A stretch of 24,000 bases of DNA from Parolsenella massiliensis (GCF_900143685.1 NZ_LT671675.1:75111-99110), one strand, 5' to 3'. Positions 15,461 to 22,493 are shown, numbered from the stretch's first letter. Notes: generated by a model not told the origin, from the letters alone. Made by a program: numbers and translations.

Positions 15461-15509
15461 CGCAAGCCACCCGCGTTAATTCACTTGCGATTGCAGCTGG
15501 CGGCTTGCG
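15461..15509 (-). other. Long stem-loop built on the GCAAGCCACC repeat family
   Basis: (C)GCAAGCCACC at 15461..15471 pairs with GGCGGCTTGC(G) at 15499..15509. The single irregular position is A-C in plus-sense RNA but G-U in minus-sense RNA. Related copies lie at 15389..15425 and 16142..16165. Confidence 0.5.
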
Positions 15510-15878
15510 GGCAAAAGGGCGGTTGAGTTTCAAAACGGGCGTTTTCGGCGCCATCGAGCATCCAAAGGCGACCCGCCGCGCACTTTGGGACAAAAACAAA
15601 AACTCAAAGCCCTGAGTTTGAAAAAAGTTTTTGAGGTTGTCCCAGCTTTTGTCCCCGAAGCCGACGAAACGCGACATCGCGTCATTCGGCGGCACGCGTT
15701 CCGTGTCGATGCCGAAAACTGGGTGTAACTGGAGTGACGGGACGGAAGAACCGACGCCATCGAGTGGGAGTAGCGGGAACTGGCTTCTGAACTCGCGTTT
15801 TGGTGCTGCCGAGTACCGCCTGATACCGTTTCGGCATCGCCGCAGGACAAAGCCACCAGCGAAATAGTGGGAATAACG

Positions 15879-15913
15879 GCCTCCGAACCATCTGGTTCGG
15901 AGGCTTTCTTTTT
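15879..15913 (+). terminator. Strong rho-independent terminator
   Basis: GCCTCCGAACC-ATCT-GGTTCGGAGGC, an 11-bp perfect stem, followed by TTTCTTTTT. Confidence 0.8.
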
Positions 15914-15938
15914 GCATTCCTACCTGAGAAAACGGCTC

Positions 15939-16019
15939 AATTATTCCCGCATGCCCCTACTGGGCGGCACGGCGGAGTACTCGGCGGTACGGGAATAATG
16001 GGGCCCTGCGGGAATAATT
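15939..16019. repeat. 19-20 bp inverted repeat (AATTATTCCCGCATGCCCC / GGGGCCCTGCGGGAATAATT)
   Basis: The arms are at 15939..15957 and 16000..16019, with about 42 nt between them. They belong to a GGGAATAA(T) motif family that is also present at 15870..15877 and 15991..15999. Confidence 0.6.
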
Positions 16020-16222
16020 CACAATTCGGGTCCCCCCGAGGGCCGATTTAGAAAAGTCGGGATGCCGGCGGGGGGGCAGCCTGTACGATTCGTTAGCTAG
16101 GAGGCGGGAAAAGTGATTCCATTAGCTCTTGGATGTGAGCCCGCAAGCCACTTGCGACAAAGGCAGTTTTTGAAAATTACCAAAATCGTGAGCACAAATA
16201 GAAAGACCCTTTTTCTTGAACT

Positions 16223-16266
16223 GAACGGCCTCCCATTTCTTGGACATGAGAAATGGGAGGCCGTTC
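16223..16266 (-). terminator. 18-bp perfect hairpin downstream of the histidine kinase gene
   Basis: GAACGGCCTCCCATTTCT-8 nt-AGAAATGGGAGGCCGTTC, 38 nt after the stop at 16304. There is no U-tract. Confidence 0.5.
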
Positions 16267-16303
16267 AAACGCGCACGGGGTCCCTTTCCTTTTAATGGTT
16301 GGT

Positions 16304-17443
16304 TTACGCTGCGGTCTGTTTTGGAAGGGTCGCGAGCATGGTGGTCCCGTTTTCGGAACTCGTTTCGACCTCTACCGTGCCACCGTGAAGCGCTGCGATT
16401 TCCCAAACAAGCGCCAGCCCGAGTCCTGCGCCGCCGTATGCCCTGCTGCGGGATTTATCCAGGCGAAAGAACGGCTGGAAGATGCTCTCACGGTACTGCT
16501 TGGGTATTCCCGGTCCCTGATCCTCGACTCGCAGGAACACGTGGCTGTCGTTGTCGCAGATGGAGATGTTGACAGTCGAGCCGGGGCGGCTGTAACGGAT
16601 GGCATTTTCGACCAGGTTAGACACCAGCCGATAGAGGAGCATGTCGCTTCCGATTATCCGAGCGCCTCCACTGCAATTGAGGACAATGTCTTTATGCTCA
16701 GCAAGCGGAGCGAGGTCGGTGAGGACTTCTTCGGACAAGGGGCCAAGCTCGATATCGTCCTTGCAGGGAACGCTGCGGAGCTCACTCATCTCAAGCAGCA
16801 CCTTGGTCATTCGCGACATCCGCTCGGTTTGTTCTTGTAGCAGGCCTAGCAACTCGGCTGTTTCGGGTTGCAAATTGGGGTGCTCGGAGATGAATAGTTC
16901 AATCTGCGCCTGCATAAGGGCGAGCGGGGTGCGCAGCTCGTGTGCGGCGTTGCCGGTAAACTGTTGTTGCGAAGAGAACCCTTCGCCAAGGCGGGCGATC
17001 ATATCGTTGAAAGAGGCGCTGCATCGTTGCAGTTCGGTGGGAACATCTTCGCTGAGTTTGATTTCGCTTAGGTTGTCAGGCTGCACGCGCTCTACTTGAG
17101 CGGCAAAAGCCCGTAGCGGCTTGAGCGCGCGACCGCTCACAAAATATGTCAGCACGCCACCAAGTAGCGTGACTCCAGCCGTGATACACCAGGCTGTCGC
17201 GCCAAAAGACTCCTGTGCGTCGTTTACGACGACCGTGACCTCGTCATTGAGGGCCACGTTCGTTGGGTCAAACGCCTGGGGCGAATCCACGCCGGCAGCG
17301 TTAAGGGCCGAGATGTCGCTGCCGATGGCATCCATGTAGTGCATGCCCGTATAGCCGACCAGGCAGTTCGTCAGCACGCACACCGCACACGTCAGCAGTG
17401 CCGTCATGATCGTTATGCGCCATTGCAGCGAAAGCCCTTTCAT
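16304..17443 (-). CDS. Sensor histidine kinase (two TM, HAMP, HisKA, HATPase_c)
   Basis: H-box NAAHELRTPL and G-boxes GGAGLGLALV. The two N-terminal TM helices flank a loop of about 55 aa. The start overlaps the response-regulator stop in ATGA. Confidence 0.9.
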   Translation of the reverse strand: MKGLSLQWRITIMTALLTCAVCVLTNCLVGYTGMHYMDAIGSDISALNAAGVDSPQAFDPTNVALNDEVTVVVNDAQESFGATAWCITAGVTLLGGVLTYFVSGRALKPLRAFAAQVERVQPDNLSEIKLSEDVPTELQRCSASFNDMIARLGEGFSSQQQFTGNAAHELRTPLALMQAQIELFISEHPNLQPETAELLGLLQEQTERMSRMTKVLLEMSELRSVPCKDDIELGPLSEEVLTDLAPLAEHKDIVLNCSGGARIIGSDMLLYRLVSNLVENAIRYSRPGSTVNISICDNDSHVFLRVEDQGPGIPKQYRESIFQPFFRLDKSRSRAYGGAGLGLALVWEIAALHGGTVEVETSSENGTTMLATLPKQTAA

Positions 17444-18114
17444 TCTCCATCCTCCATAACGTAGCCCTCTCCAATCCGATTGCGAATCGGGTCGTATCCC
17501 AAAGCGGTGCGTAGCTTTTTTCGGAGTGACGAGATATGAACGCGGGCTGCGTTGCTAAAGCTGTTCACGCTGCTATCCCAAACGTGCTCGATAAGCTCCT
17601 CTTGACTTACCGGACGCCCCTGATTAAACATCAGGTATTCTAAGATTCCCGTTTCCTTGCGCGTGAAAGACAGCGCTTCGCCGCCTACGGAAGCGATGCG
17701 CGCCTTGGTGTCAAAGCTGAGCTTTCCGCAGGTTAAAACTATGTCGTCTTGTGCGAAGCGCCTGAGTGTGAGGCTGCGAATTCTTGCCGCAAGCTCGTCC
17801 AGATGAAACGGCTTGGTGAGGTAATCGTTGGCGCCGGCATCGAGTCCGGCAACTTTATCGGATACTTCGCCGCGCGCGGACAGAATCAGCACCTTGGTCT
17901 CGCGGTCTGTCCTCCTGAGCTCCCTGAGCACGGTCATGCCATCAATGTGGGGAAGGTTGAGGTCGAGTATCACGAGGTCAAAGGCTTCAACGTTCAGTAG
18001 ATCGAGCGCCTCCTGTCCATCGTGACAGCAGTCGACGCTGTATGCCAGGTTTCGCAAGCTGCGCGCGATTGCATCGCACAGTGCTCGCTCGTCTTCGACG
18101 ATCAAAATACGCAT
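17440..18114 (-). CDS. OmpR/PhoB-family response regulator
   Basis: ORF trimmed to ATG 18114, with AAGGAG 7 nt upstream. MRILIVEDERAL...DLVILDLNLP...KPF forms the receiver domain. The C-terminus is a winged-helix (...RVHISSLRKKL...IRNRIGEGY). Confidence 0.92.
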   Translation of the reverse strand: MRILIVEDERALCDAIARSLRNLAYSVDCCHDGQEALDLLNVEAFDLVILDLNLPHIDGMTVLRELRRTDRETKVLILSARGEVSDKVAGLDAGANDYLTKPFHLDELAARIRSLTLRRFAQDDIVLTCGKLSFDTKARIASVGGEALSFTRKETGILEYLMFNQGRPVSQEELIEHVWDSSVNSFSNAARVHISSLRKKLRTALGYDPIRNRIGEGYVMEDGE

Positions 18115-18158
18115 AACAGTCTCCTTGCACATTCCAAATCGCGCTTAACACGGTTTTT

Positions 18159-18181
18159 ATGGTCGATATGGTCCAATGGTC
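18159..18181. promoter_or_regulatory. Three direct ATGGTC repeats in the divergent intergenic region
   Basis: ATGGTCGAT-ATGGTCCA-ATGGTC at 18159, 18168 and 18176. They sit between the RR start (18114, minus) and the CXXC peptide gene start (18205, plus). Confidence 0.35.
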
Positions 18182-18204
18182 GCGTAGCGAAAGGAGTGGT
18201 CGGG

Positions 18205-18351
18205 TTGTTCAAAGCGGTAAAGCCCGTGGTACAGGTCGCTTTGTTGATCGTCGGAATCGCCATGGTGTGCTTTGGCGTTATGCGTGGCGAGGCGGATGCC
18301 GTGCTGGCCAAAGCGATTAGGCTGTGCTTGGAGTGTATCGGAATTGGATAA
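18205..18351 (+). CDS. CD1871A-like small CXXC membrane protein
   Basis: TTG start with AAGGAG 8 nt upstream. The 48-aa product has one TM helix and the C-terminal motif AIRLCLECIGIG, the pattern I recall for the CD1871A family. That family is found next to NapH-like 4Fe-4S proteins. Confidence 0.65.
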   Translation: MFKAVKPVVQVALLIVGIAMVCFGVMRGEADAVLAKAIRLCLECIGIG

Positions 18352-19243
18352 AAGAGAAAACGCCGCGTCGCATGTTTTGGCCCGATTTCGCGGATTCATT
18401 CAAGCGGCGGCGACGCTTATCACCAACATTCACCTGCCAAACTTTGCCAAAGGCAGCATCTATCAGGGTGCCGGGAAAACAGTCTGCGTACCTGGGCTTA
18501 ACTGCTATTCGTGCCCCGCGGCATCGGGTGCGTGCCCCATTGGGTCGTTCCAGGCGGTGGTGGGTTCATCCAAGTTCAACTTTTCTTACTACGTCACCGG
18601 TACGCTCATTTTGCTCGGCGTGCTGTTGGGACGATTTGTATGCGGCTTTCTGTGCCCGTTTGGCTGGCTACAGGAGCTGCTTCACAAGATTCCCGGAAAA
18701 AAGCTTTCGACAAAAAAGCTCAAGGCGCTTACGTATAGCAAATACGTTGTGCTGCTGTTTGCTGTGGTATTGCTGCCTGCGCTGGTGGTCAACGATCTGG
18801 GGATGGGAGATCCGTTCTTTTGCAAGTACATCTGTCCACAGGGTGTGCTCGAGGGCGCCATTCCGCTGGCCATTGCCAACGTCGGCATTCGATCTGCGCT
18901 GGGGAGCCTCTTTTCCTGGAAACTTGTCGTTCTCATTGCCGTGGTAGTGCTGAGCGTTTTGTTCTATCGCCCCTTCTGCAAATGGATTTGTCCGCTCGGC
19001 GCATTCTATGCGCTCATGAATAAGGTGTCCTTACTGGGGATTCGGGTTGATGCCTGCAAATGCGTCTCGTGCGGCAAGTGTTCAAAGGTTTGTCAGATGG
19101 ACGTCGATGTGACCAGTGCGCCCAATCATGCTGAATGCATCCGGTGCGGAAAGTGCATCGGGGCCTGTCCCGTCGATGCCATCAGCTATCGCTATGGCCT
19201 GGATGTGTCGGCAGAAAAGCTCCCTCAGACCGCCGACAATTAG
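18344..19243 (+). CDS. NapH/MauN-like membrane 4Fe-4S (polyferredoxin) protein
   Basis: Motifs CYSCPAASGACP, CPFGWLQE, CPQG, CPLGAFY, and two ferredoxin motifs CVSCGKCSKVCQ and CIRCGKCIGACP. The start is uncertain: TTG 18344 overlaps the previous gene's stop, with alternatives about 40 nt downstream. Confidence 0.85.
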   Translation: MDKRENAASHVLARFRGFIQAAATLITNIHLPNFAKGSIYQGAGKTVCVPGLNCYSCPAASGACPIGSFQAVVGSSKFNFSYYVTGTLILLGVLLGRFVCGFLCPFGWLQELLHKIPGKKLSTKKLKALTYSKYVVLLFAVVLLPALVVNDLGMGDPFFCKYICPQGVLEGAIPLAIANVGIRSALGSLFSWKLVVLIAVVVLSVLFYRPFCKWICPLGAFYALMNKVSLLGIRVDACKCVSCGKCSKVCQMDVDVTSAPNHAECIRCGKCIGACPVDAISYRYGLDVSAEKLPQTADN

Positions 19244-19275
19244 TAAACAAGCTTCGACAAAACGGAGGAATGACA

Positions 19276-20247
19276 ATGAAGCTTTCTAAGATTGCGGCCC
19301 TGTTTATGGTGCCGGTGCTGGCCTTGTGCCTTGTGGCGTGTTCGGCGCCCAGTGGCAACGCGAGCGAATCTACGGGCTCCGACCCTAAGATCGCAGAACT
19401 CATTGCGCAGGAGCCGACCAATGCCGACGAGGCCGCCGAGCTGTATGCGAAGCTCATGCAAAAGGAGAACGATATCCTTTCGAGTGACAACGCACTATGG
19501 GAAAAGGTATTCAGTGCAGCAAATAAAGACTCGGCAATGATTGAGGACGGTAGCAATTACGGCGATTTCCTGCTCAAGACCATCGATGGCGCCAAGGATG
19601 AGTTTACGGCGGATGAGCTTAAGACGCTCAAGGCGGGCGCGCAGCAGATCAAGGAGATCGAGGACAAGCTCGCGAGCTTGGAGAAGGAGTTCCCCGGCTG
19701 TGGAAGCACGCCGAGCGCAGGCGAGAGCGTCGACGCTTCGGCCGCGGGCATGACGGCTGGCGCCAACGCTTCGAGCGAGGCGACGAAGTTTCCCAGCTTT
19801 ACGGGCAAGGACCTGGACGGCAACGACGTGAGCAGCGACGAGCTGTTCTCCAAGAACAAGGTCACCGTCATGAACTTCTGGTTCACCACTTGCAAGCCGT
19901 GCGTGGGCGAGCTGGGCGATCTTGAGAACCTGAATCAGGAGCTTGCCGAGAAGGGCGGTCAGGTCGTGGGCGTCAATTCCTTTACGCTCGATGGCAACGA
20001 GGACGCGATTGCGGATGCCAAGGACGTTCTGGGCAAGAGGGGTGTGACGTATAAGAACATCTGGTTCGAGTCGGATAGCGAGGCCGGTAAGTTTACGTCA
20101 AATCTGTTCTCGTTTCCGACAACGTATGTCATCGATCAGAATGGCAACATCGTAGGGGATCCAATCGTGGGAGCCATCAGTTCCGCCGAGCAGCGCGCAG
20201 CACTCGACAAGCTTATCGACCAGGCGATTGCGAATAGCGAGCAGTAA
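19276..20247 (+). CDS. TlpA/redoxin-family thiol:disulfide oxidoreductase lipoprotein with long N-terminal helical extension
   Basis: ORF trimmed to ATG 19276 (GGAGGAATGACA upstream). Lipobox LVAC in MKLSKIAALFMVPVLALCLVAC. Thioredoxin-fold motif FWFTTCKPCVGE. Confidence 0.88.
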   Translation: MKLSKIAALFMVPVLALCLVACSAPSGNASESTGSDPKIAELIAQEPTNADEAAELYAKLMQKENDILSSDNALWEKVFSAANKDSAMIEDGSNYGDFLLKTIDGAKDEFTADELKTLKAGAQQIKEIEDKLASLEKEFPGCGSTPSAGESVDASAAGMTAGANASSEATKFPSFTGKDLDGNDVSSDELFSKNKVTVMNFWFTTCKPCVGELGDLENLNQELAEKGGQVVGVNSFTLDGNEDAIADAKDVLGKRGVTYKNIWFESDSEAGKFTSNLFSFPTTYVIDQNGNIVGDPIVGAISSAEQRAALDKLIDQAIANSEQ

Positions 20248-20326
20248 ACACGCGTAAAGCTTATCAAGGATCCAATGCCTCCCGTGATAGTATCCGACCC
20301 AGAAAGCGCGATCAGGGAGGTCGTCT

Positions 20327-20542
20327 ATGAAGGGCAAAGGCTGGAGGACTTTTCAAATCATTCAACTGGTGCTGTTCCTCTGCTTTAGCGGTTTTTTATT
20401 TTTGAGAACAGTAGATGGCCATGGTGCGGTGCAGACAGTGGAAGTGCGTCTGATCAGTTTTGCCATATGGGCAATTTTCTACATTGGCCTCATGGCTGTT
20501 GAGTGGCTCGCTTACTTTATCGTACGTCGCTATACAAAGTAG
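20327..20542 (+). CDS. Small two-TM membrane protein, unknown function
   Basis: GGGAGG 7 nt upstream of the ATG. Two clear hydrophobic helices. Followed by a strong terminator. Confidence 0.55.
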   Translation: MKGKGWRTFQIIQLVLFLCFSGFLFLRTVDGHGAVQTVEVRLISFAIWAIFYIGLMAVEWLAYFIVRRYTK

Positions 20543-20573
20543 CCCGTTGTCCTTCAAGGTAAGCTCTGCCGTA

Positions 20574-20601
20574 AAGAGGTTCCGTTCGGGACCTCTTTTT
20601 T
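20574..20601 (+). terminator. Rho-independent terminator
   Basis: AAGAGGTTCC-GTTC-GGGACCTCTT followed by TTTT. Confidence 0.8.
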
Positions 20602-20790
20602 GGTGCCATTCTGGACGATTTTGACCGGTTCGTTACATTCCTCACTGGTAGCGGCAAAACATGGGAAAATGCGTAAAGTGCGAGCTCTTTGGCTGGTATC
20701 ACGGCTGCTCCGCGGTGACCTATGGCTACACGGGCGACATGCACGAGGCGGATCCCCAGTGCTGGAAAGAGATCAAGGAATAGGATTGCC

Positions 20791-21222
20791 ATGCGCAACG
20801 CCGAGCTGGCCGCGCGCATCGGCCGCATGAATATGGCGGGCTTTAGCCGCACCGGCCTGGTGGGCAACTACGTGAGCCGTGCTCAGCCGAGCGTCATCGA
20901 CAACCCGTCGATTAAAAACGGCTTTTGCGATGCGCCGACGGTGCTTTGCACCTTCTGCCAGGAGTGCTTTTTGTTTAGCGTCGCCGATGCCTTCGCCGTC
21001 GCGCAGAATATGACGCTCGAGGCGCATGCCCTGGGGCTTGGAAGCTGCGTCGTCAGCCGCACCGAGAGAACATTCGTCTCGGAAGACGGCCAGGAGCTGC
21101 TCAAGTCCTGGGGTGTGTCGGAGGGATATATCTGCCGAGCATTCGTGACGCTCGGTTACTGCGACGGTCCCCATCCCGCCGCCAAGCCGCGCCGCGAGGG
21201 TCGCTCGCTTATCGTCGAGTAA
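20791..21222 (+). pseudogene. Nitroreductase-family gene lacking its N-terminal FMN-binding segment
   Basis: The translation ...ELAARIGRMNMAGF...DAPTVLCTFC...VADAFAVAQNMTLEAHALGLGSCVVS...AFVTLGYCDGPHPAAKPRR matches the central and C-terminal parts of nitroreductases. The usual N-terminal RRSxRxF...QPW segment is absent from this frame. Confidence 0.6.
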
Positions 21223-21253
21223 GTGACTTATCGGGGATGGGGGAATGCAAGCT

Positions 21254-21280
21254 GTGAACAGGGAGCGCGGCCCTGTTCAC
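21254..21280. terminator. Hairpin between convergent nitroreductase and yjdF remnants
   Basis: GTGAACAGGG-AGCGCGG-CCCTGTTCAC, a 10-bp stem. Confidence 0.45.
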
Positions 21281-21303
21281 GCCAGGACCCATGTTGACGC
21301 CGA

Positions 21304-21470
21304 TCAATGCCCGCGATGCTTCCGCTTGTGTTCCAGCTTCCGCTGCTCGAAGTGCGCTTCCGTCTCGTCCGTGCGACGCCGTACCTTCCGTCCTCGACGT
21401 GCTCCGCCAGCCCGACCCAGAATTGGCCGTCGTGACATGCGGCCAGGGTGGACGACGCGGCGACCTGCAT
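21304..21470 (-). pseudogene. yjdF: yjdF-family pseudogene (internal deletion + frameshift)
   Basis: The N-terminal part MQVAASSTLAACHDGQFWVGLAEHVEDGRYGVAR and the C-terminal part FEQRKLEHKRKHRGH lie in different frames. DNA alignment to 13418..13837 shows that about 250 bp (equivalent to roughly 13490..13740) is missing. Confidence 0.75.
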
Positions 21471-22106
21471 GGCCAGCTCCTCCTTCATGTGGACGACCAT
21501 GCAGAGAGGGGACGACCAAGGAGGCAGGTTGCCGATGCGGTCTCCCTCGTTTTCCTCGTACCTTTATATGTACGCCGTGATGTTTGAGCATATTAGATAC
21601 ACGCAAGCCAACGGCACTGTCTACCTGCATGAACGAAAAGAATGTGCCGTCCTGCTCCATTGGGAGAACAACGGCATCGTACTGATGGGGGTCGTGCGTC
21701 GGGCTGACGGGGGTCTTTTGCTTCGGGAGCAGAACGCCAAAAGAATGCGCTCATAGTGGAGTCATGCGGTCTCGGGCGCGCTCACGAGCGCTTCACGAGG
21801 ACGTTTTATGAGCTAGAGCACCTGGCGATGATTGCTATCGGTTGGAGCTTTTCCCACGGCCTGCGGGCAATATTCCTGAGCTCGCGGACCGTGGGCAGGG
21901 TTGAAAACCACCCGGTATCTTCCTGGCTGGATCTCTCTTGGCGTCTTCGGTCTTTCGAATCCTTTGGTTGGGTCGAAAAGGGCGCCGTACCCCGGATCTC
22001 GAAGTACGGCGCCGCGTTCAGATCGCGTTGCCGCCTATGGCTCCCGCTCGGGGCGAGTGGTCATCTACGCCTGCCCGCAGGGACCGGAGAATCTTCACGA
22101 TGATAG

Positions 22107-22135
22107 TTGACGCCTTATACCTTGTGTCGTATAGT
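22107..22135 (+). promoter_or_regulatory. Sigma70-type promoter of the padR operon with overlapping imperfect palindrome
   Basis: TTGACG, a 17-nt spacer, then TATAGT. GTCGTATA...TATATGAC inverted repeats flank and overlap the -10, a plausible PadR operator. Confidence 0.6.
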
Positions 22136-22172
22136 GTGCGTAGCATAGTATATGACGAGGGGAGGTGTGCGG

Positions 22173-22493
22173 ATGGAGGCTCAGTTGAAGCGCGGCTTCC
22201 TGGAGGCCTGCGTGCTCGCGGCCGTCTCCGGCGAGGAGTCCTACGGCTACAAGATCGTGAAGGACGTGCCGGCGAGCATGGGGCTCACGGAGTCGACGCT
22301 CTACCCGCTGCTCAAGCGCCTGGAGAAGGCCGGATGCATCACGGCGCGCTCCGCCGAGCACAACGGGCGGCTGCGCCGGTACTACCTCATCACGGACGCC
22401 GGGCGTGCGCGCATCGAGGAGTTCCTGGCCGAGTGGCCGTCCGTACGGGAGATCTACACATACGTTGAGGGGGCGCACCATGACGCGCGATGA
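22173..22493 (+). CDS. padR: PadR family transcriptional regulator
   Basis: ORF trimmed to ATG 22173 (GGGGAGG upstream). MEAQLKRGFLEACVLAAVSGEESYGYKIVKDV...STLYPLLKRLEKAG...RRYYLIT. Confidence 0.9.
   Translation: MEAQLKRGFLEACVLAAVSGEESYGYKIVKDVPASMGLTESTLYPLLKRLEKAGCITARSAEHNGRLRRYYLITDAGRARIEEFLAEWPSVREIYTYVEGAHHDAR

Noticed and set aside
15720-15830. Resemblance to a ZTP (pfl) riboswitch (ACTGGAG...GACGGG...CCGCCTG)
   Set aside because: Only two short matches to my recollection of the consensus, and the 3' CCGCCUGGGC box is incomplete (CCGCCTGATA). No purine or folate gene follows. The evidence is too weak to call.
14142-16165. CRISPR array interpretation of the repeated hairpin modules
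   Set aside because: There are only 2-3 copies, at 60-80% identity, with irregular spacing (132 bp, 74 bp, about 680 bp). There are no cas genes. This is not CRISPR-like.
15631-16295. ORFs 15631..15867 (+), 15417..15917 (-), 16113..16295 (+) and 16122..16406 (-)
   Set aside because: They have non-ATG or SD-less starts and non-globular translations. They run through strong hairpins or terminators. 16113 does have a GGAGG-8 nt-GTG start, but the ORF reads straight through the 18-bp hairpin, so it is not credible as a protein gene.
17749-19556. Small ORFs overlapping the RR, 4Fe-4S and TlpA genes in other frames or strands (e.g. 17749..18000, 18324..18947, 18682..18936, 19182..19556)
   Set aside because: They are fully embedded in well-supported genes and have no independent signals.
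21580-21756. 58-aa ORF MFEHIRYTQANGTVYLHERKECAVLLHWENNGIVLMGVVRR... divergent from the yjdF remnant
   Set aside because: It has no SD and no recognisable family, and it sits in a region of obvious gene decay. It could be a fragment, so I did not annotate it.
21940-21975. TTCGAATCC-containing stretch as a tRNA T-arm (possible integration target)
   Set aside because: The flanking bases do not form a 5-bp T-stem, and no acceptor or anticodon arms can be drawn. I found no tRNA elsewhere in the window.
21806-21990. Minus-strand fragment ...GWFSTLPTVRELRNIARRPWEKL... reminiscent of the Abi_2 W..L..LRN..AHH.RLW HEPN segment
   Set aside because: The single short match lacks the catalytic His, has no start codon, and is flanked by a hairpin. 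It might be a second decayed Abi_2 gene but cannot be supported without a profile search.
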